Assembly (NCBI GenBank): GCA_964468795.1
Contig: CAYXWL010000014.1
Coordinates: forward strand, 22,376-86,375
Direction: 5' to 3'
DNA: 64,000 nt
From: an uncultured Candidatus Saccharibacteria bacterium
Lineage (GTDB): Bacteria > Patescibacteriota > Minisyncoccia > Phycocordibacterales > DATDWN01
The notes beneath the pieces were generated by a model. The model worked only from the letters and a program-made list of their open reading frames with translations. It had not been told where the DNA came from and ran no database searches. This document shows, piece after piece, positions 18,546 to 28,413 of the stretch (positions are counted from its first letter, which is position 1; each line of letters begins with the position of its first letter). The position numbers and the translations under genes were made by a program.

Positions 18546-19814
18546 ATGAAAACCAAACCTTTCGATCCGTATGAATTTTCTAAAAAAATCATAAAAGGCG
18601 TGCCTGTTTATTACAAAACTGTCGATTCCTCGCCATGTGTTTTTGTACAGATTTCCTTTAACGTTGGATGCTCGAATGATCCCAAAGAAATTGTTGGCTT
18701 GTCGCACTTTTTGGAGCACATGATTTTTGACGGTTCGCCAAAAATACCAAACAAGAAAGCTGTTGAAGAGTGGTCTAGAGTTAATACCTTTAAATCATGG
18801 AATGCCTGGACATCTCGCACTGACACAACGTACCACCTCAGATGCCTGCCAGAAAAGATAGATACTATTTTAGATGGAATGGAAGATATGATATTTCATC
18901 CCCTGCTCCGAGCCGAGGATGTGGAGCATGAAAGAAGCGTAATCACCCAAGAAGCTTGGGGAAGATATAAAAATGATAAGTATCTCAAATATCGGAAAGA
19001 AATTACTAAGAATTTCTTTCATGGCACAACCATGGAAGATTGTGATAGTCCGCTTGGGTGGCCAGAAACGGTAGCAAAAATTTCAAGAGAAGAAGTTGCT
19101 CAATGGCATAAGAAAAATTACGGCCGAGGCAACTTCTTCATGGTTGTTGGCGGAGCAATTAACGACAAGACTTTACATAAGATAGAAAAATTTCTTGAGA
19201 GGATTCCTAAAGCAAAAGAGATTAACCGTTCAAAGAGCGTATTTAAAAAACCGCTTAATTCTCATGTCGTAAAAACAGGCGATGAAATAGGGCAAATAAA
19301 GGAACAGGCTGAAGTTGCATTTGAAAGAATTCTGCCTGTTGAGAAAAATTTTGACGAAGAAACAAACTCGATGCTTGCCGAACTAACATACGATCTTTTA
19401 TTTGAAAGGCTTAGAACAGAAAGAGCTTTATGCTATAGCGTCCATATTGAATCATTCACTTCTCCTCTATACGTCGCTTGGGCTGCCGGACTAAGAGTTG
19501 ATGAAAAAAATATCGAGGTTGTAAAAAAAGAATTTAGAAGAGCTTTGCAGGATATAATTAAAGGCAAAGAAAAAGCTAGATTTGAAACTTTGAAAAAAAT
19601 GCGGATTGAAAGACTCAAGGCGGCGGAAGAAGTTACAGAAGATATCGCCTATCACGCTATCAATCAATTGAGAAACAAAGGGAAAATAACCCCTAGAAAA
19701 GAAAGTATGAGAAAGAGAGTTAAGGTAACATATGCAGATGTAGTAGCCTGCCTAAAACAAGCCTTCGATGCTAAGTGGACGGTTACAGAGGTAATCCTGC
19801 CTTCAAAAAAATAA
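18546..19814 (+). CDS. M16 family (insulinase/pitrilysin) zinc metallopeptidase
   Basis: GLSHFLEHMIF (HxxEH), NAWTS, 'LFERLRTERALCYSV'. Confidence 0.92.
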   Translation: MKTKPFDPYEFSKKIIKGVPVYYKTVDSSPCVFVQISFNVGCSNDPKEIVGLSHFLEHMIFDGSPKIPNKKAVEEWSRVNTFKSWNAWTSRTDTTYHLRCLPEKIDTILDGMEDMIFHPLLRAEDVEHERSVITQEAWGRYKNDKYLKYRKEITKNFFHGTTMEDCDSPLGWPETVAKISREEVAQWHKKNYGRGNFFMVVGGAINDKTLHKIEKFLERIPKAKEINRSKSVFKKPLNSHVVKTGDEIGQIKEQAEVAFERILPVEKNFDEETNSMLAELTYDLLFERLRTERALCYSVHIESFTSPLYVAWAAGLRVDEKNIEVVKKEFRRALQDIIKGKEKARFETLKKMRIERLKAAEEVTEDIAYHAINQLRNKGKITPRKESMRKRVKVTYADVVACLKQAFDAKWTVTEVILPSKK

Positions 19815-19853
19815 AATAATATAAATTAAATATCCGGGTTACCAGATATTTTA

Positions 19854-20028
19854 GTGCCCAGGAGAGGAGTCTCTGTAATATTATTCTCGCCGACGTTCGA
19901 ATAATATTACAGCGCAGATTCGCTACAAGCGCTGGTGGGCTCGTGCACCGCGAATCTGTTCGAGTCCCCCACGCAAAGCCATGCTTTGCTCTGGGCAAAC
20001 AAAAAAGCCGCATTCGCAGCTTTTTGTT
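19854..20028 (-). repeat. tRNA-Leu tail element (antisense T-arm copy + structured spacer + direct copy of tRNA 3' end)
   Basis: gtgcccaggagagga at 19854-19868 = 20031-20045. gttcgagtcc at 19958 is inverted relative to the tRNA T-arm. Confidence 0.8.
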
Positions 20029-20113
20029 TGGTGCCCAGGAGAGGACTCGAACCTCCACACCTTACGGCACACCCACCTCAAGGGTGCTTGTCTACCAATT
20101 TCAACACCTGGGC
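20029..20113 (-). tRNA. tRNA-Leu(GAG)
   Basis: GCCCAGG...CACCC-TTGAGGT-GGGTG, long variable arm, GGTTCGAGTCC, ends CCTGGGCACCA. Confidence 0.95.
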
Positions 20114-20153
20114 AATATGTGCAGTATAGATAAATTAAGACTTTTTTTCAATC

Positions 20154-20178
20154 AAAAAAACCGCTTTCGCGGTTTTTT
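20154..20178 (-). terminator. Intrinsic terminator after rplS
   Basis: aaaaaaaccgc-tttc-gcggtttttt. Confidence 0.75.
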
Positions 20179-20596
20179 ATTCTGCTGGTTTTTCTTCTGT
20201 TGCTGGAGATTCTTCTACTACCTCTTCCTCTGCCACTGGAGCGTCCGGAAGGGCCTGGATATTTCTCATCTGTCTTCGAATCTCCTTTGCTGCCTTGTCT
20301 CTAATGTGATAAAGCTTTGCTCTTCTAACCTTTGATCTCTTTACAGTTTCAACTGAATCAATCATTGGAGAGTATAGAGGGAAAATCTTTTCAACCCCTA
20401 CTCCTGAAGCTACTCGCCTAACTGTGAAAGTAGATCCTGCCTCCTTGCCGTGCTTTACAGCAATAACTAAGCCTTCAAAAGCCTGAAGTCGAGTCTTTCC
20501 CTTTTCCTGAATCTTCTGCCATACTCGAACTGTATCTCCTGATCGAATATCAAGATTTTTTCGCTCATTTAATTTCACTGGTGATTGGACTGCCAT
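20177..20596 (-). CDS. rplS: 50S ribosomal protein L19
   Basis: [36 protein letters not shown]. Confidence 0.97.
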   Translation of the reverse strand: MAVQSPVKLNERKNLDIRSGDTVRVWQKIQEKGKTRLQAFEGLVIAVKHGKEAGSTFTVRRVASGVGVEKIFPLYSPMIDSVETVKRSKVRRAKLYHIRDKAAKEIRRQMRNIQALPDAPVAEEEVVEESPATEEKPAE

Positions 20597-20620
20597 ATAG
20601 ATGCCTAATTTAGCACATGA

Positions 20621-21340
20621 TTACAAGCTTTGCAATAGAGAGACAGCATTTTTAAAGTCCTCTGGATAATCAGCTAATATTTCATGCCTATTGCCATTTA
20701 AATCAGAAAAAACGGCTTTATATGAATGTAGCCCAAGTCTCTCTAAACCGAGGGCTTTTTTGTGATTTGGAGCATATAGACTATCTGAAACCAAGGGGTA
20801 GCTTATGGCCTTAAAATGCACCCTAATCTGGTGAGTTCTGCCAGTTTTAGGATATACCTCAACCAGAGAGAAGCCACCGTGTCTTGATAGTACTTTATAT
20901 TCCGTAACAGCTTCCCTCATCTGCCCTCTCGCACCCCTTTGAGCAGACCACATTCGAAAATCTTTTGAGCTCCTGCCTATCGGACGATCAATAATTCCGC
21001 TATCATTTTTCATTTCTCCATTTACCAAAGCGTGATAGATTTTTTCTACCTCATGATTCTGAAATTGCTTTTTCAAACATTCAAACCCTTCTTGTGTTTT
21101 GGCAACAAGCATTACGCCGGATGTTTCCCTGTCGAGCCTGTGCACTATTCCTGATCTAAGTATCTCTTCCCCAGATTCCTTTACCCAAGGCTCCCCCACA
21201 TTTTTAATGCTTGGATATTTTTCTAAAAGCCAATCAACCAAATTTTTTTCATCAGTCTTTCCGTCGCTATGCACAACAAGCCCGGCAGGCTTATTTATAG
21301 CAAGCATATCATTGTCTTCGAATAATATTTTTGGTTCCAT
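20621..21340 (-). CDS. RluA/RluD-family pseudouridine synthase
   Basis: NKPAGLVVH, GIVHRLDRETSG, TGRTHQIRVH. Confidence 0.95.
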   Translation of the reverse strand: MEPKILFEDNDMLAINKPAGLVVHSDGKTDEKNLVDWLLEKYPSIKNVGEPWVKESGEEILRSGIVHRLDRETSGVMLVAKTQEGFECLKKQFQNHEVEKIYHALVNGEMKNDSGIIDRPIGRSSKDFRMWSAQRGARGQMREAVTEYKVLSRHGGFSLVEVYPKTGRTHQIRVHFKAISYPLVSDSLYAPNHKKALGLERLGLHSYKAVFSDLNGNRHEILADYPEDFKNAVSLLQSL

Positions 21341-21341
21341 G

Positions 21342-22034
21342 TCATTTTCCTACCCTCCTTTCTCTGTTTCCGTACCGGTTCAATATATCCAAAAATTCTT
21401 CCTGGGAAAAATCTGGCCAGAGGGTTTCAGTGAAAAAAAGTTCGCTATACACTCCCTGCCAAGGAAGAAAGCCAGACAATCTCATTTCTCCCGACGTCCT
21501 TATTATTATGTCAGGATCGGGCATAGGATATGTCTGCAAATTTTTTTCAAAGACTTTTTCGTCTATTTCATCGGCTGATATCCCGCTTTTAATAATTTTT
21601 TTAATTGCAGAAATAATCTCTGCCCTCCCCCCGTAGTTTAAAGCAAAATATACATGTGGCCCACTGTTATCTTTTGTTTCCTCTTTGGAGTTTATCAATT
21701 TATTTTTAAGATCTGGACTGAATTTCTCTATATCTCCAGCAAAGTGCAGTACACCACCTTCCTTTTTAAAATGCCCTATTTCATTTTCCAGAAAACTGCC
21801 TATTAAATTTAAAAGATAGGATACTTCTTCTTCGCTTCTATTCCAGTTTTCAGTAGAAAAAGTATAGAGTATTATATGCTCTACTCCGGCATCTTTTGCC
21901 CACTTCACAACCTGTTTTATTTTTTCACCGCCAGCCTTATGTCCTTCTAAAGATAGTTTGCCATTTTTTTTGGCCCACCTCCTGTTGCCATCCATAATTA
22001 TTCCGACGCATTTAGGCAATGTCATTTTGTCCAT
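21342..22034 (-). CDS. uppS: Undecaprenyl/polyprenyl diphosphate synthase
   Basis: IIMDGNRRWA, FSTENWNR, NYGGR, IIRTSGEMRLSGF. Confidence 0.97.
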   Translation of the reverse strand: MDKMTLPKCVGIIMDGNRRWAKKNGKLSLEGHKAGGEKIKQVVKWAKDAGVEHIILYTFSTENWNRSEEEVSYLLNLIGSFLENEIGHFKKEGGVLHFAGDIEKFSPDLKNKLINSKEETKDNSGPHVYFALNYGGRAEIISAIKKIIKSGISADEIDEKVFEKNLQTYPMPDPDIIIRTSGEMRLSGFLPWQGVYSELFFTETLWPDFSQEEFLDILNRYGNRERRVGK

Positions 22035-22085
22035 TCTACATATATTTTACAAATTGAACAATATGATATATTCTATGTGGCATAC

Positions 22086-22158
22086 GCGCGATTAGCTCAG
22101 TTGGTAGAGCAACCCGTTTACACCGGGTAGGTCATAGGTTCGAGTCCTGTATCGCGCA
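22086..22158 (+). tRNA. tRNA-Val(TAC)
   Basis: GCGCGAT-TAGCTCAGTTGGTAGAGC...CCCG-TTTACAC-CGGG...GGTTCGAGTCCTGT-ATCGCGCA. Confidence 0.95.
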
Positions 22159-22345
22159 CAAAATGCATTTTGTGCCAGGACTCGAACGGCGGAGCGATTC
22201 TTGGTTTAACAAAACCAAGACGCGAGCCGGTGCCTAGACCTCCAATGAGCGACGGCGAATTGGAGAGTGGAGGGAGAGATTCCTGTATCGCGCACAACAA
22301 AACCCCATTTGGGGTTTTTGCTATAGAGATTCCAGTATCGCACAC
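22159..22345 (+). repeat. tRNA-Val tail element
   Basis: caggactcgaac (22176-22187) is antisense to the T-arm. tcctgtatcgcgcacaa recurs at 22281, with a degenerate copy at 22331. Confidence 0.8.
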
Positions 22346-22414
22346 TGTAAGGATCGAGTCCTGGCAACGCTTCCCATTTTCTAATATCAATTTTTGTGTT
22401 ATCCTACTGTCATT

Positions 22415-22486
22415 GCTCTCGTAGTTCAATGGATAGAACCGCGGACTTCTAAGCCGCTGATGTAAGTTCGATTCTTACCGAGAGCG
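22415..22486 (+). tRNA. tRNA-Arg(TCT)
   Basis: GCTCTCG...GCGGA-CTTCTAA-GCCGC...GTTCGATT...CGAGAGC. Confidence 0.93.
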
Positions 22487-22511
22487 CATTTTGAGGTAAG
22501 GAATGATTATT

Positions 22512-22850
22512 TTACTGATTTAGCAGAGGATCCTTTGGGGTCTCTTTTAGGTTCAAATCAACATAGCTGTCTTCTCTTGCCTTTATTTCATCTAAAGTTT
22601 TTTTGAATAAATCCTGATTGACTCTAGTTTCGTTCAATTTGTTAGAATCTTTTATTGAGAAAAAGCTACCACTATCTACTTTAATATAAAAATAGACTGC
22701 AAATACGGAAAAGGCCAAAGTAATTATTGTAAAAGAAATCAGCATCCACTCCCATTCTTTTCTAGGCCTAATCTCATCCCTTTTCGGTAATTTTACTACT
22801 GGATTTTTGGATCCAAATACATTATGAAATTTTGAAAAGATTTTACTCAT
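22512..22850 (-). CDS. Single-TM hypothetical protein at end of pilMNO-like operon
   Basis: One TM segment; operon position. Confidence 0.6.
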   Translation of the reverse strand: MSKIFSKFHNVFGSKNPVVKLPKRDEIRPRKEWEWMLISFTIITLAFSVFAVYFYIKVDSGSFFSIKDSNKLNETRVNQDLFKKTLDEIKAREDSYVDLNLKETPKDPLLNQ

Positions 22851-22854
22851 AATT

Positions 22855-23442
22855 TTATTTGTTTTCCAGAACTAATATATCATACACTCCTGTCCAAATA
22901 TTCGGAGTCTTTTTGCCTTGAGGTGAAACTCCTCCTGATATTCCTTCTATTGCAGCACTGCTTATCTTTATCCTTGTAGTTAGCGACTCTAGCTCGTTAG
23001 AAAACTTGTATACTCCTGTCCAAGTTCCCGAAACCCTTATTTTTGCATTGAGTCTAAGATAATTTATCTTGTTCTTATCTTTTTCGTTGTCAGACAAAAT
23101 GCCCAGGGATTCAATATCTATTTTCAATGAATATTTCTTGGCGATATCTTCGATTTTTTCAATAAAGGCAACATCGCCACCTTTTTCAATTATGGAAGCG
23201 TCTATTTTCGAAACTTCTATCTTGTTATTTTCGAAAAATATCTCGTTGCTTTTCAAATAATCTTGCCTTGTATTGAGCAGAGCCAGTTCAGAGTTTAGAT
23301 TGGCAATCTTTTCGTTTCTTGTCTGTATGTCGCTATAGATATAGTAAATAGCGCCTATTACTGCAAGGATAGAAACTGAAAGTATTATAATAGTTTTTGT
23401 ATATTTTTTGTTCTCCATTTTATTTTGCTTGATCAGAAACAA
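22855..23442 (-). CDS. PilO-like type IV pilus assembly protein
   Basis: TM + coiled coil + ferredoxin-like 'V.G.W..V..F...LE.L'; follows pilM/pilN-like genes. Start may be 23418. Confidence 0.6.
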   Translation of the reverse strand: MFLIKQNKMENKKYTKTIIILSVSILAVIGAIYYIYSDIQTRNEKIANLNSELALLNTRQDYLKSNEIFFENNKIEVSKIDASIIEKGGDVAFIEKIEDIAKKYSLKIDIESLGILSDNEKDKNKINYLRLNAKIRVSGTWTGVYKFSNELESLTTRIKISSAAIEGISGGVSPQGKKTPNIWTGVYDILVLENK

Positions 23443-23968
23443 CCAAATTTATAGAAAACTCTATGTCTTTTTCTTTGGCATAGTTGGAAATCGGTATATC
23501 AACAGATTTGAATTTTGATGATGCCTGAAGCTTTTTTGACAGAAGAACTAGATTCTCCCTCGAATCAGCTATCCCTCCTACTGTCACAACAGCCGTGCTT
23601 GTAGCCACCATCCTGTAAGCAACTTGGTCTATGATTATGCCTGAGAACTTTTGAGCCAAGATCGTATCAACTATAGGATTAAATTTCCTGTAATCCAAAA
23701 CTGAGTTCATTACCTGCATTTTTAAGTTCAAAGACTTGATAGCCTCAGTGGTAGGACCGACATTTAAAGACGTGAGATAATTATTCATTTTTTCAGCCTG
23801 AGCCTCAACTTGCATACCCTTATAGGTAGATGAGAACCAAGTTGGCAAAATAAGGACAAGCACCATGCACAGTATTAAAAATGCTGTAAAAAGTATTGCC
23901 ACCGCTCTCCTCTGAGTATACTCGGCCTTGAGGGATTTTTTTATATCTGGAGGTAATAAGTTAAACAT
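23420..23968 (-). CDS. PilN-like type IV pilus assembly protein
   Basis: N-terminal 'FNLLP' PilM-binding motif, TM, 'V.G.A..R..L..L...L..S..F'. Confidence 0.75.
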   Translation of the reverse strand: MFNLLPPDIKKSLKAEYTQRRAVAILFTAFLILCMVLVLILPTWFSSTYKGMQVEAQAEKMNNYLTSLNVGPTTEAIKSLNLKMQVMNSVLDYRKFNPIVDTILAQKFSGIIIDQVAYRMVATSTAVVTVGGIADSRENLVLLSKKLQASSKFKSVDIPISNYAKEKDIEFSINLVVSDQAK

Positions 23969-23972
23969 ATTT

Positions 23973-24953
23973 TTACATTAGCGTATCATCTGGAAGGGCA
24001 AGCCCCACAGCACCAGCGAACTTTAGGGATTCATTGAAGTCTATATTTGGAACTGATTTGTTAATATCAAATGCATTTAGCCACACATTTCCATAAACCA
24101 CCGGCGTGCTCATGTGGGAAAAAAGATAAGCCGCTATTGATTCATCAAACCCTTCACCGCATATTATTATCTGTTCAATTTTTTTCTCCGGATTGCCGGC
24201 ATTTTCTTTTAAGGTGTGCCAGTAGATATAAAGCTTGCTCACTTCCTGAAGCAAAAAGCTGGGATTGTTTCCAAGTTCGCCCTTCAAGGCTACAGTAGAC
24301 GTAAACCTCACTGTTCCAGAAGTCTCTATGTATAAACCGACTTTATCCTTGAAGAAATTTATAATGAGGCAAGTATTTGGGCTTTCAGCTGAAGTTAATG
24401 CCCTTACAATAGCCTGCGATTCTATTTCCAAAACCAAAGGCTTTAATCCTGCAGACAAGATGCACTCGGTGTATGTGCTTACAATGCTAGTTGGAAAGTT
24501 TGATACTACGATATCAAGCTGTTCTTTTTGGTTATTTAAAAATACTTTGTAATCGTAAATGAGCTCACTTGGAGAAACTGGTACGTTCTCCTCTATTTTA
24601 GACTCTACTGCGCTTTTTATATCGGCACCTTTAACTATTGGTAGCTTGGTTGTGAAAAGATAAGCTTTTTCTTCGGGCAAAGAAACTTTTACGTATTCAA
24701 GTCCCATTTCAGCCTTGAGAGTGCTCAAAACTTTTACAAGCTCCTCCTTGTTCAGTATATCTCCTGAATTTATGGTGTCTGGAGGCAAAGGCACTTCTTT
24801 GTATTTTTTTATCTTGTGCTGTCTGGCGCCTTTTTCAAATTCAATTGCCCTGACAAATTGGTCAGTTATATGTATACCGGCAAAAGGAAAGTCTAAAAAC
24901 TTTGGAGTTGGAAATGCTACGAATATTTTATCTAAAAAGCTGCTAGTGCTCAT
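23973..24953 (-). CDS. pilM: Type IV pilus assembly protein PilM (actin-like)
   Basis: GIHIT...VR, 'AGLKP..LEIESQAI.R', IIICGEG, 'AGAVGLAL'. Confidence 0.8.
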   Translation of the reverse strand: MSTSSFLDKIFVAFPTPKFLDFPFAGIHITDQFVRAIEFEKGARQHKIKKYKEVPLPPDTINSGDILNKEELVKVLSTLKAEMGLEYVKVSLPEEKAYLFTTKLPIVKGADIKSAVESKIEENVPVSPSELIYDYKVFLNNQKEQLDIVVSNFPTSIVSTYTECILSAGLKPLVLEIESQAIVRALTSAESPNTCLIINFFKDKVGLYIETSGTVRFTSTVALKGELGNNPSFLLQEVSKLYIYWHTLKENAGNPEKKIEQIIICGEGFDESIAAYLFSHMSTPVVYGNVWLNAFDINKSVPNIDFNESLKFAGAVGLALPDDTLM

Positions 24954-25010
24954 TTATCAAATTATATCGCATAGCAGAATAAAAAGAAATTTAAAACTGT
25001 TTATTTTACT

Positions 25011-25379
25011 TTATTTAACAGAGCATCCAGGAGTAACGCTGTCGTTAGTTTGAAGAAGTGAGAAAAATTCTTGAGGCTCTCCATCTCCTGCCGAAAGTTG
25101 TCCGCTGACAGCCAATATCATACCCTGGCTTTCGAAGCCCCTTATCACCCTAGGCTCGAGGTTGGCGGCAAAAGCCACACTCTTCCCCACAAGCACTTGT
25201 GGTTCTGGAAAGTATTTTGATATGCCAGAAACTATCTGCCTTGGTTTTTCTTCGCCCATATCCACCGAGAGCTTCAGAAGCTTGTCTGCTCCTTCAATTT
25301 TTTCTGCAGAAAGGATCTTGCCTATCTTTATATCCAGCTTGTGAAAATCGTCTATTGTAATTGTCGGTTTAGTTTCCAT
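25011..25379 (-). CDS. tRNA-binding OB-fold protein (MetRS C-terminal/Trbp111-like)
   Basis: ITIDDF.KLDIKIGKI, ADKLL.L.VD.GE..RQIVSGI, NL.PR.IRG.ESQGMILA. Confidence 0.9.
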   Translation of the reverse strand: METKPTITIDDFHKLDIKIGKILSAEKIEGADKLLKLSVDMGEEKPRQIVSGISKYFPEPQVLVGKSVAFAANLEPRVIRGFESQGMILAVSGQLSAGDGEPQEFFSLLQTNDSVTPGCSVK

Positions 25380-25770
25380 TTTTTTCTTTGTTATTTTTCG
25401 TATCTAAATAGCTTTGCAATATTAGCGCCGCCGCAGAAGCATCATGCATTTCATTTTTACCCTGAAATCTCTCTGCTGCTTGCGAAGTCATGAATTCTGG
25501 ATGGGATTCTACTTCAAGTCGAAGCTCGTCTGTAAGTTTCTGAACAAAGGGTCTTATTTCTTCCATTATTTTGTTATCCTGCCCCGAAAAATCCTTTGAC
25601 TCTCCTACCACTATCATTCCTATATTGTTTATATTTGATAACTCCTTCAGCTCAGAAATAAGTTCGGGAGAATTCTCTAACACTTCCAGAGGAAATGCCA
25701 GCTTTAGATCTTCGTCTGAAATAGCAACACCAACCCTTTTTCCTCCATAATCTATTCCCATGTATCTCAT
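25369..25770 (-). CDS. ruvX: Holliday junction resolvase-like / pre-16S rRNA nuclease YqgF
   Basis: MGIDYG.KRVGVAISD, E.MTS, DASAAALILQSYLD. Confidence 0.93.
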   Translation of the reverse strand: MRYMGIDYGGKRVGVAISDEDLKLAFPLEVLENSPELISELKELSNINNIGMIVVGESKDFSGQDNKIMEEIRPFVQKLTDELRLEVESHPEFMTSQAAERFQGKNEMHDASAAALILQSYLDTKNNKEKNGN

Positions 25771-25834
25771 AAAATCAGTTTACAGCAAAATCTGGCTAAT
25801 TGCATTATCATAGTTTTTTGCTATTATTGCCTTC

Positions 25835-26056
25835 ATGGATACGGTAGTAATAAATAGCGTTCCATTAAAATACCTTGTTTTGATGGCTGTATGGACTTTG
25901 CCTTGGAAAGGTTTAGCCCTATGGCACTCTGCGAGACTTTCGCACAAAAGATGGTTTATTGTACTCCTCATTGTAAATACAATGGCAATTCTAGATATAT
26001 ACTACATATATTTTGTTGCCAACAAGTACACAGTTGAGACAATAGAAACAAAATAA
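25835..26056 (+). CDS. Small membrane protein (DUF5652-like)
   Basis: W.L.WKG.ALW.SA......WFIVLL.VNT..IL.I.YI.F pattern common in CPR. Confidence 0.75.
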   Translation: MDTVVINSVPLKYLVLMAVWTLPWKGLALWHSARLSHKRWFIVLLIVNTMAILDIYYIYFVANKYTVETIETK

Positions 26057-26060
26057 ATAC

Positions 26061-26147
26061 GGATGGGTGGCTGAGTGGTCTAAAGCAACGGTCTTGAAAA
26101 CCGTCACCTGGGTAACTGGGTCGTGAGTTCGAATCTCACCCCATCCG
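26061..26147 (+). tRNA. tRNA-Ser(TGA); island integration site
   Basis: GGATGGG...ACGGT-CTTGAAA-ACCGT, long variable arm, GTTCGAATC, CCCATCCG. Confidence 0.95.
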
Positions 26148-27608
26148 CATAGTAATATTATCGTCATCTTTTGACATCAAATCAAAAGGAGAATGCAAAG
26201 TAAAATCTAGCTTTTTTTGATTTAACACACAGTTCTGGAGTAAGAAACTTAAAAGTTGTCGTTTTTCATTTACTTCGGAACTCATAAAAATCTCTTTTGC
26301 TCTCTTGGCTATACTCAAGAGTATATTTGCTGTTACATAAAATTGTTCATCTGCTACAGAATGGTCACCCATTAACTCTAATATTTCAGCTTGTCTAGAT
26401 TTATATTCGGTTAATAACTTGTCATACATTTCTCCCGTAAGACGGCCGTCCAATCTGTCCTCGTACATCTTCCTTATTCTTATCTCATATTTATCGTAAT
26501 CAGCTTTCAAACTATTCATGCTGTTTTTATGGAACTTGTTTTCACTATCACCTAAATATCTCAATCCACTTTTTATTTCTTCAATTCTCTCATCTGATAA
26601 CTTAATGCTGTCCAAAATAGTATTCACTTGATCAATCAATTCACTTTCAGGCACATAAACTCTTTCACAGTTTTTATACCCTGAACAACTGTAATAAGCA
26701 TATTTACCCTTTTTAAGTTGTCCTCCAACAACACCTCCGCACTTAGAACAAGTTATTAATCCTCTAAACACAAAAGGTTTTGATGCATACTTTGTTGGAA
26801 CTTTATTGTGTCGCTCCATTACTTCCTGACATTTTTCAAATAATTCTTTTGAGACTATAGGTTTATATCTATGGGCATACAGTAATTTATGAGTCCTTGA
26901 ATATGCTTTACCGCAATAAAAATGGTTATTTAGCATATTAAATATCATTGCATGATTTACTTTTCCTCCTTCCTTACTTCGCAAACCAAAATCATACATT
27001 CTGTCAGATAGAGTAACAAAAGATACATCTCCCTTGGAATATTCCTCAAATGTCTTAACGACTAGATGAGCTTTTCCATCTGGAACAACATCAACTCTTC
27101 TCATCCTTAGTGGATTATTGTTATATACACTTTTGTATCCAAGTGGAGGTGCTCCGGTTATATCTCCATCTTCTCTCATCTTGCCTTGCTTTCTCTTTAG
27201 GTTATCACTCAATTGCAATACATAATTTCTAGCAAACAGGACTGACATATCCCACCTCATAAGATCAGCACTATTTGAATTTTTATTTATTACCAAGTTC
27301 TCTCTATAAAAATGAAGCTCGACCTTTTCTGCTTTTCTTAAATCATCAAATACAACTGACTCTCTGAAACTTCTTTGTAGTCTGTCTACAGTATCAACCA
27401 CCAAAGCCAAAGGTTCTTTAGATCTTTGTATTATTTCAATAATCTCATGAAACTTTTTTCTATCTCCTTTGGTTGATGACTCTTTAAGTTTAAACACTTT
27501 CCACTCCTCTAAATCTCTGTTTTTTACATAGGACATTATTCTAGATAACTGTGCTTCGTTTGAGTCCTGATTTTTGTCAGAAACTCTAGCTAATATAATT
27601 GTTTTCAT
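26136..27608 (-). CDS. Large serine recombinase (resolvase + recombinase + zinc ribbon)
   Basis: LARVS catalytic Ser, DRLQR, GAPPLGY, 'FRGLITCSKCG...YYSC', coiled coil. Stop codon lies inside tRNA-Ser. Confidence 0.93.
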   Translation of the reverse strand: MKTIILARVSDKNQDSNEAQLSRIMSYVKNRDLEEWKVFKLKESSTKGDRKKFHEIIEIIQRSKEPLALVVDTVDRLQRSFRESVVFDDLRKAEKVELHFYRENLVINKNSNSADLMRWDMSVLFARNYVLQLSDNLKRKQGKMREDGDITGAPPLGYKSVYNNNPLRMRRVDVVPDGKAHLVVKTFEEYSKGDVSFVTLSDRMYDFGLRSKEGGKVNHAMIFNMLNNHFYCGKAYSRTHKLLYAHRYKPIVSKELFEKCQEVMERHNKVPTKYASKPFVFRGLITCSKCGGVVGGQLKKGKYAYYSCSGYKNCERVYVPESELIDQVNTILDSIKLSDERIEEIKSGLRYLGDSENKFHKNSMNSLKADYDKYEIRIRKMYEDRLDGRLTGEMYDKLLTEYKSRQAEILELMGDHSVADEQFYVTANILLSIAKRAKEIFMSSEVNEKRQLLSFLLQNCVLNQKKLDFTLHSPFDLMSKDDDNITMRMG

Positions 27609-27627
27609 CTTTTTGTTATTTATTATT

Positions 27628-27975
27628 TTATAAGACTTTATTAATTTTCTCTGCCTCTGCTTTGGCTTTCTGTTGGTAACTTAAATACTCCTTTCTGTTT
27701 ATTGCATACATAGTTGAGTTGCTTAAAAACCTCTCTAGAACCTTAGCCATCGTGGTTTTTTGTAACTTAGCTATATATCTCAAAACGTTAAGATAATTAA
27801 TTCCCAATCTAACTAGTTTAGTTTTCCGGAAAGTCCGTCTTTTAGCTCTATTCTTAGAATTATCCCAAGACTTTCCGATCTCCACCCTCAACTCATCAAT
27901 CCAACCTTTATAATCAAATTCTTTAACTTTTTTCATATTTTGTTTACAATTTTTAATTATCATTTTTCCCCTCAT
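27628..27975 (-). CDS. Basic hypothetical protein (possible DNA-binding accessory factor)
   Basis: Lys-rich ORF directly upstream of the recombinase; 'KLVRL....L..L..IA....TTM..VLE' is RHH-like. Start uncertain. Confidence 0.5.
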   Translation of the reverse strand: MRGKMIIKNCKQNMKKVKEFDYKGWIDELRVEIGKSWDNSKNRAKRRTFRKTKLVRLGINYLNVLRYIAKLQKTTMAKVLERFLSNSTMYAINRKEYLSYQQKAKAEAEKINKVL

Positions 27976-28070
27976 CCATACATATTTTCTTTTGTAATGT
28001 TTATATTCTTTTCAATCAGTTAGGCTCCTCAGTTCCTAAATTTTTGTCTGACAAAAGAAATAAAAAGTTA

Positions 28071-28142
28071 TTTATTGATGAGCATGTGAGGTCCCCCGTT
28101 GGATGACTCCAGAGCGGGGACTTGCACTTGCTCACCAATAAA
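28071..28142. other. Long imperfect hairpin
   Basis: tttattgatgagcatgtgaggtcccc...ggggacttgcacttgctcaccaataaa. Confidence 0.6.
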
Positions 28143-28364
28143 TTACACAGCCGGTTTATTTTCTGAGAAACTCGCTGACGCCCCAGTTACAAAAGATTGT
28201 TTCAAACTATTTTTGCCTTGTAGACTAGAATATAAATTTGGATTTACACGCCTATCTACTTTGTAAAGAAGTGCGAAAAAATCAATCAAGTTTTTGTTTT
28301 CAAAACCTGTTTTAGTTTCGGCGACGAAACTTTTGGTATCATTTTTTCTTACCTTTACTGGCAT
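28143..28364 (-). CDS. Small hypothetical protein
   Basis: 73 aa with helix-like 'NLIDFFALLYKVDRRVNP'; co-oriented with the recombinase. Confidence 0.55.
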   Translation of the reverse strand: MPVKVRKNDTKSFVAETKTGFENKNLIDFFALLYKVDRRVNPNLYSSLQGKNSLKQSFVTGASASFSENKPAV

Positions 28365-28413
28365 GATGCCAGTCTCTCATGTAACTAGTTTTTGCAATAT
28401 GAAATTAAGCGTA

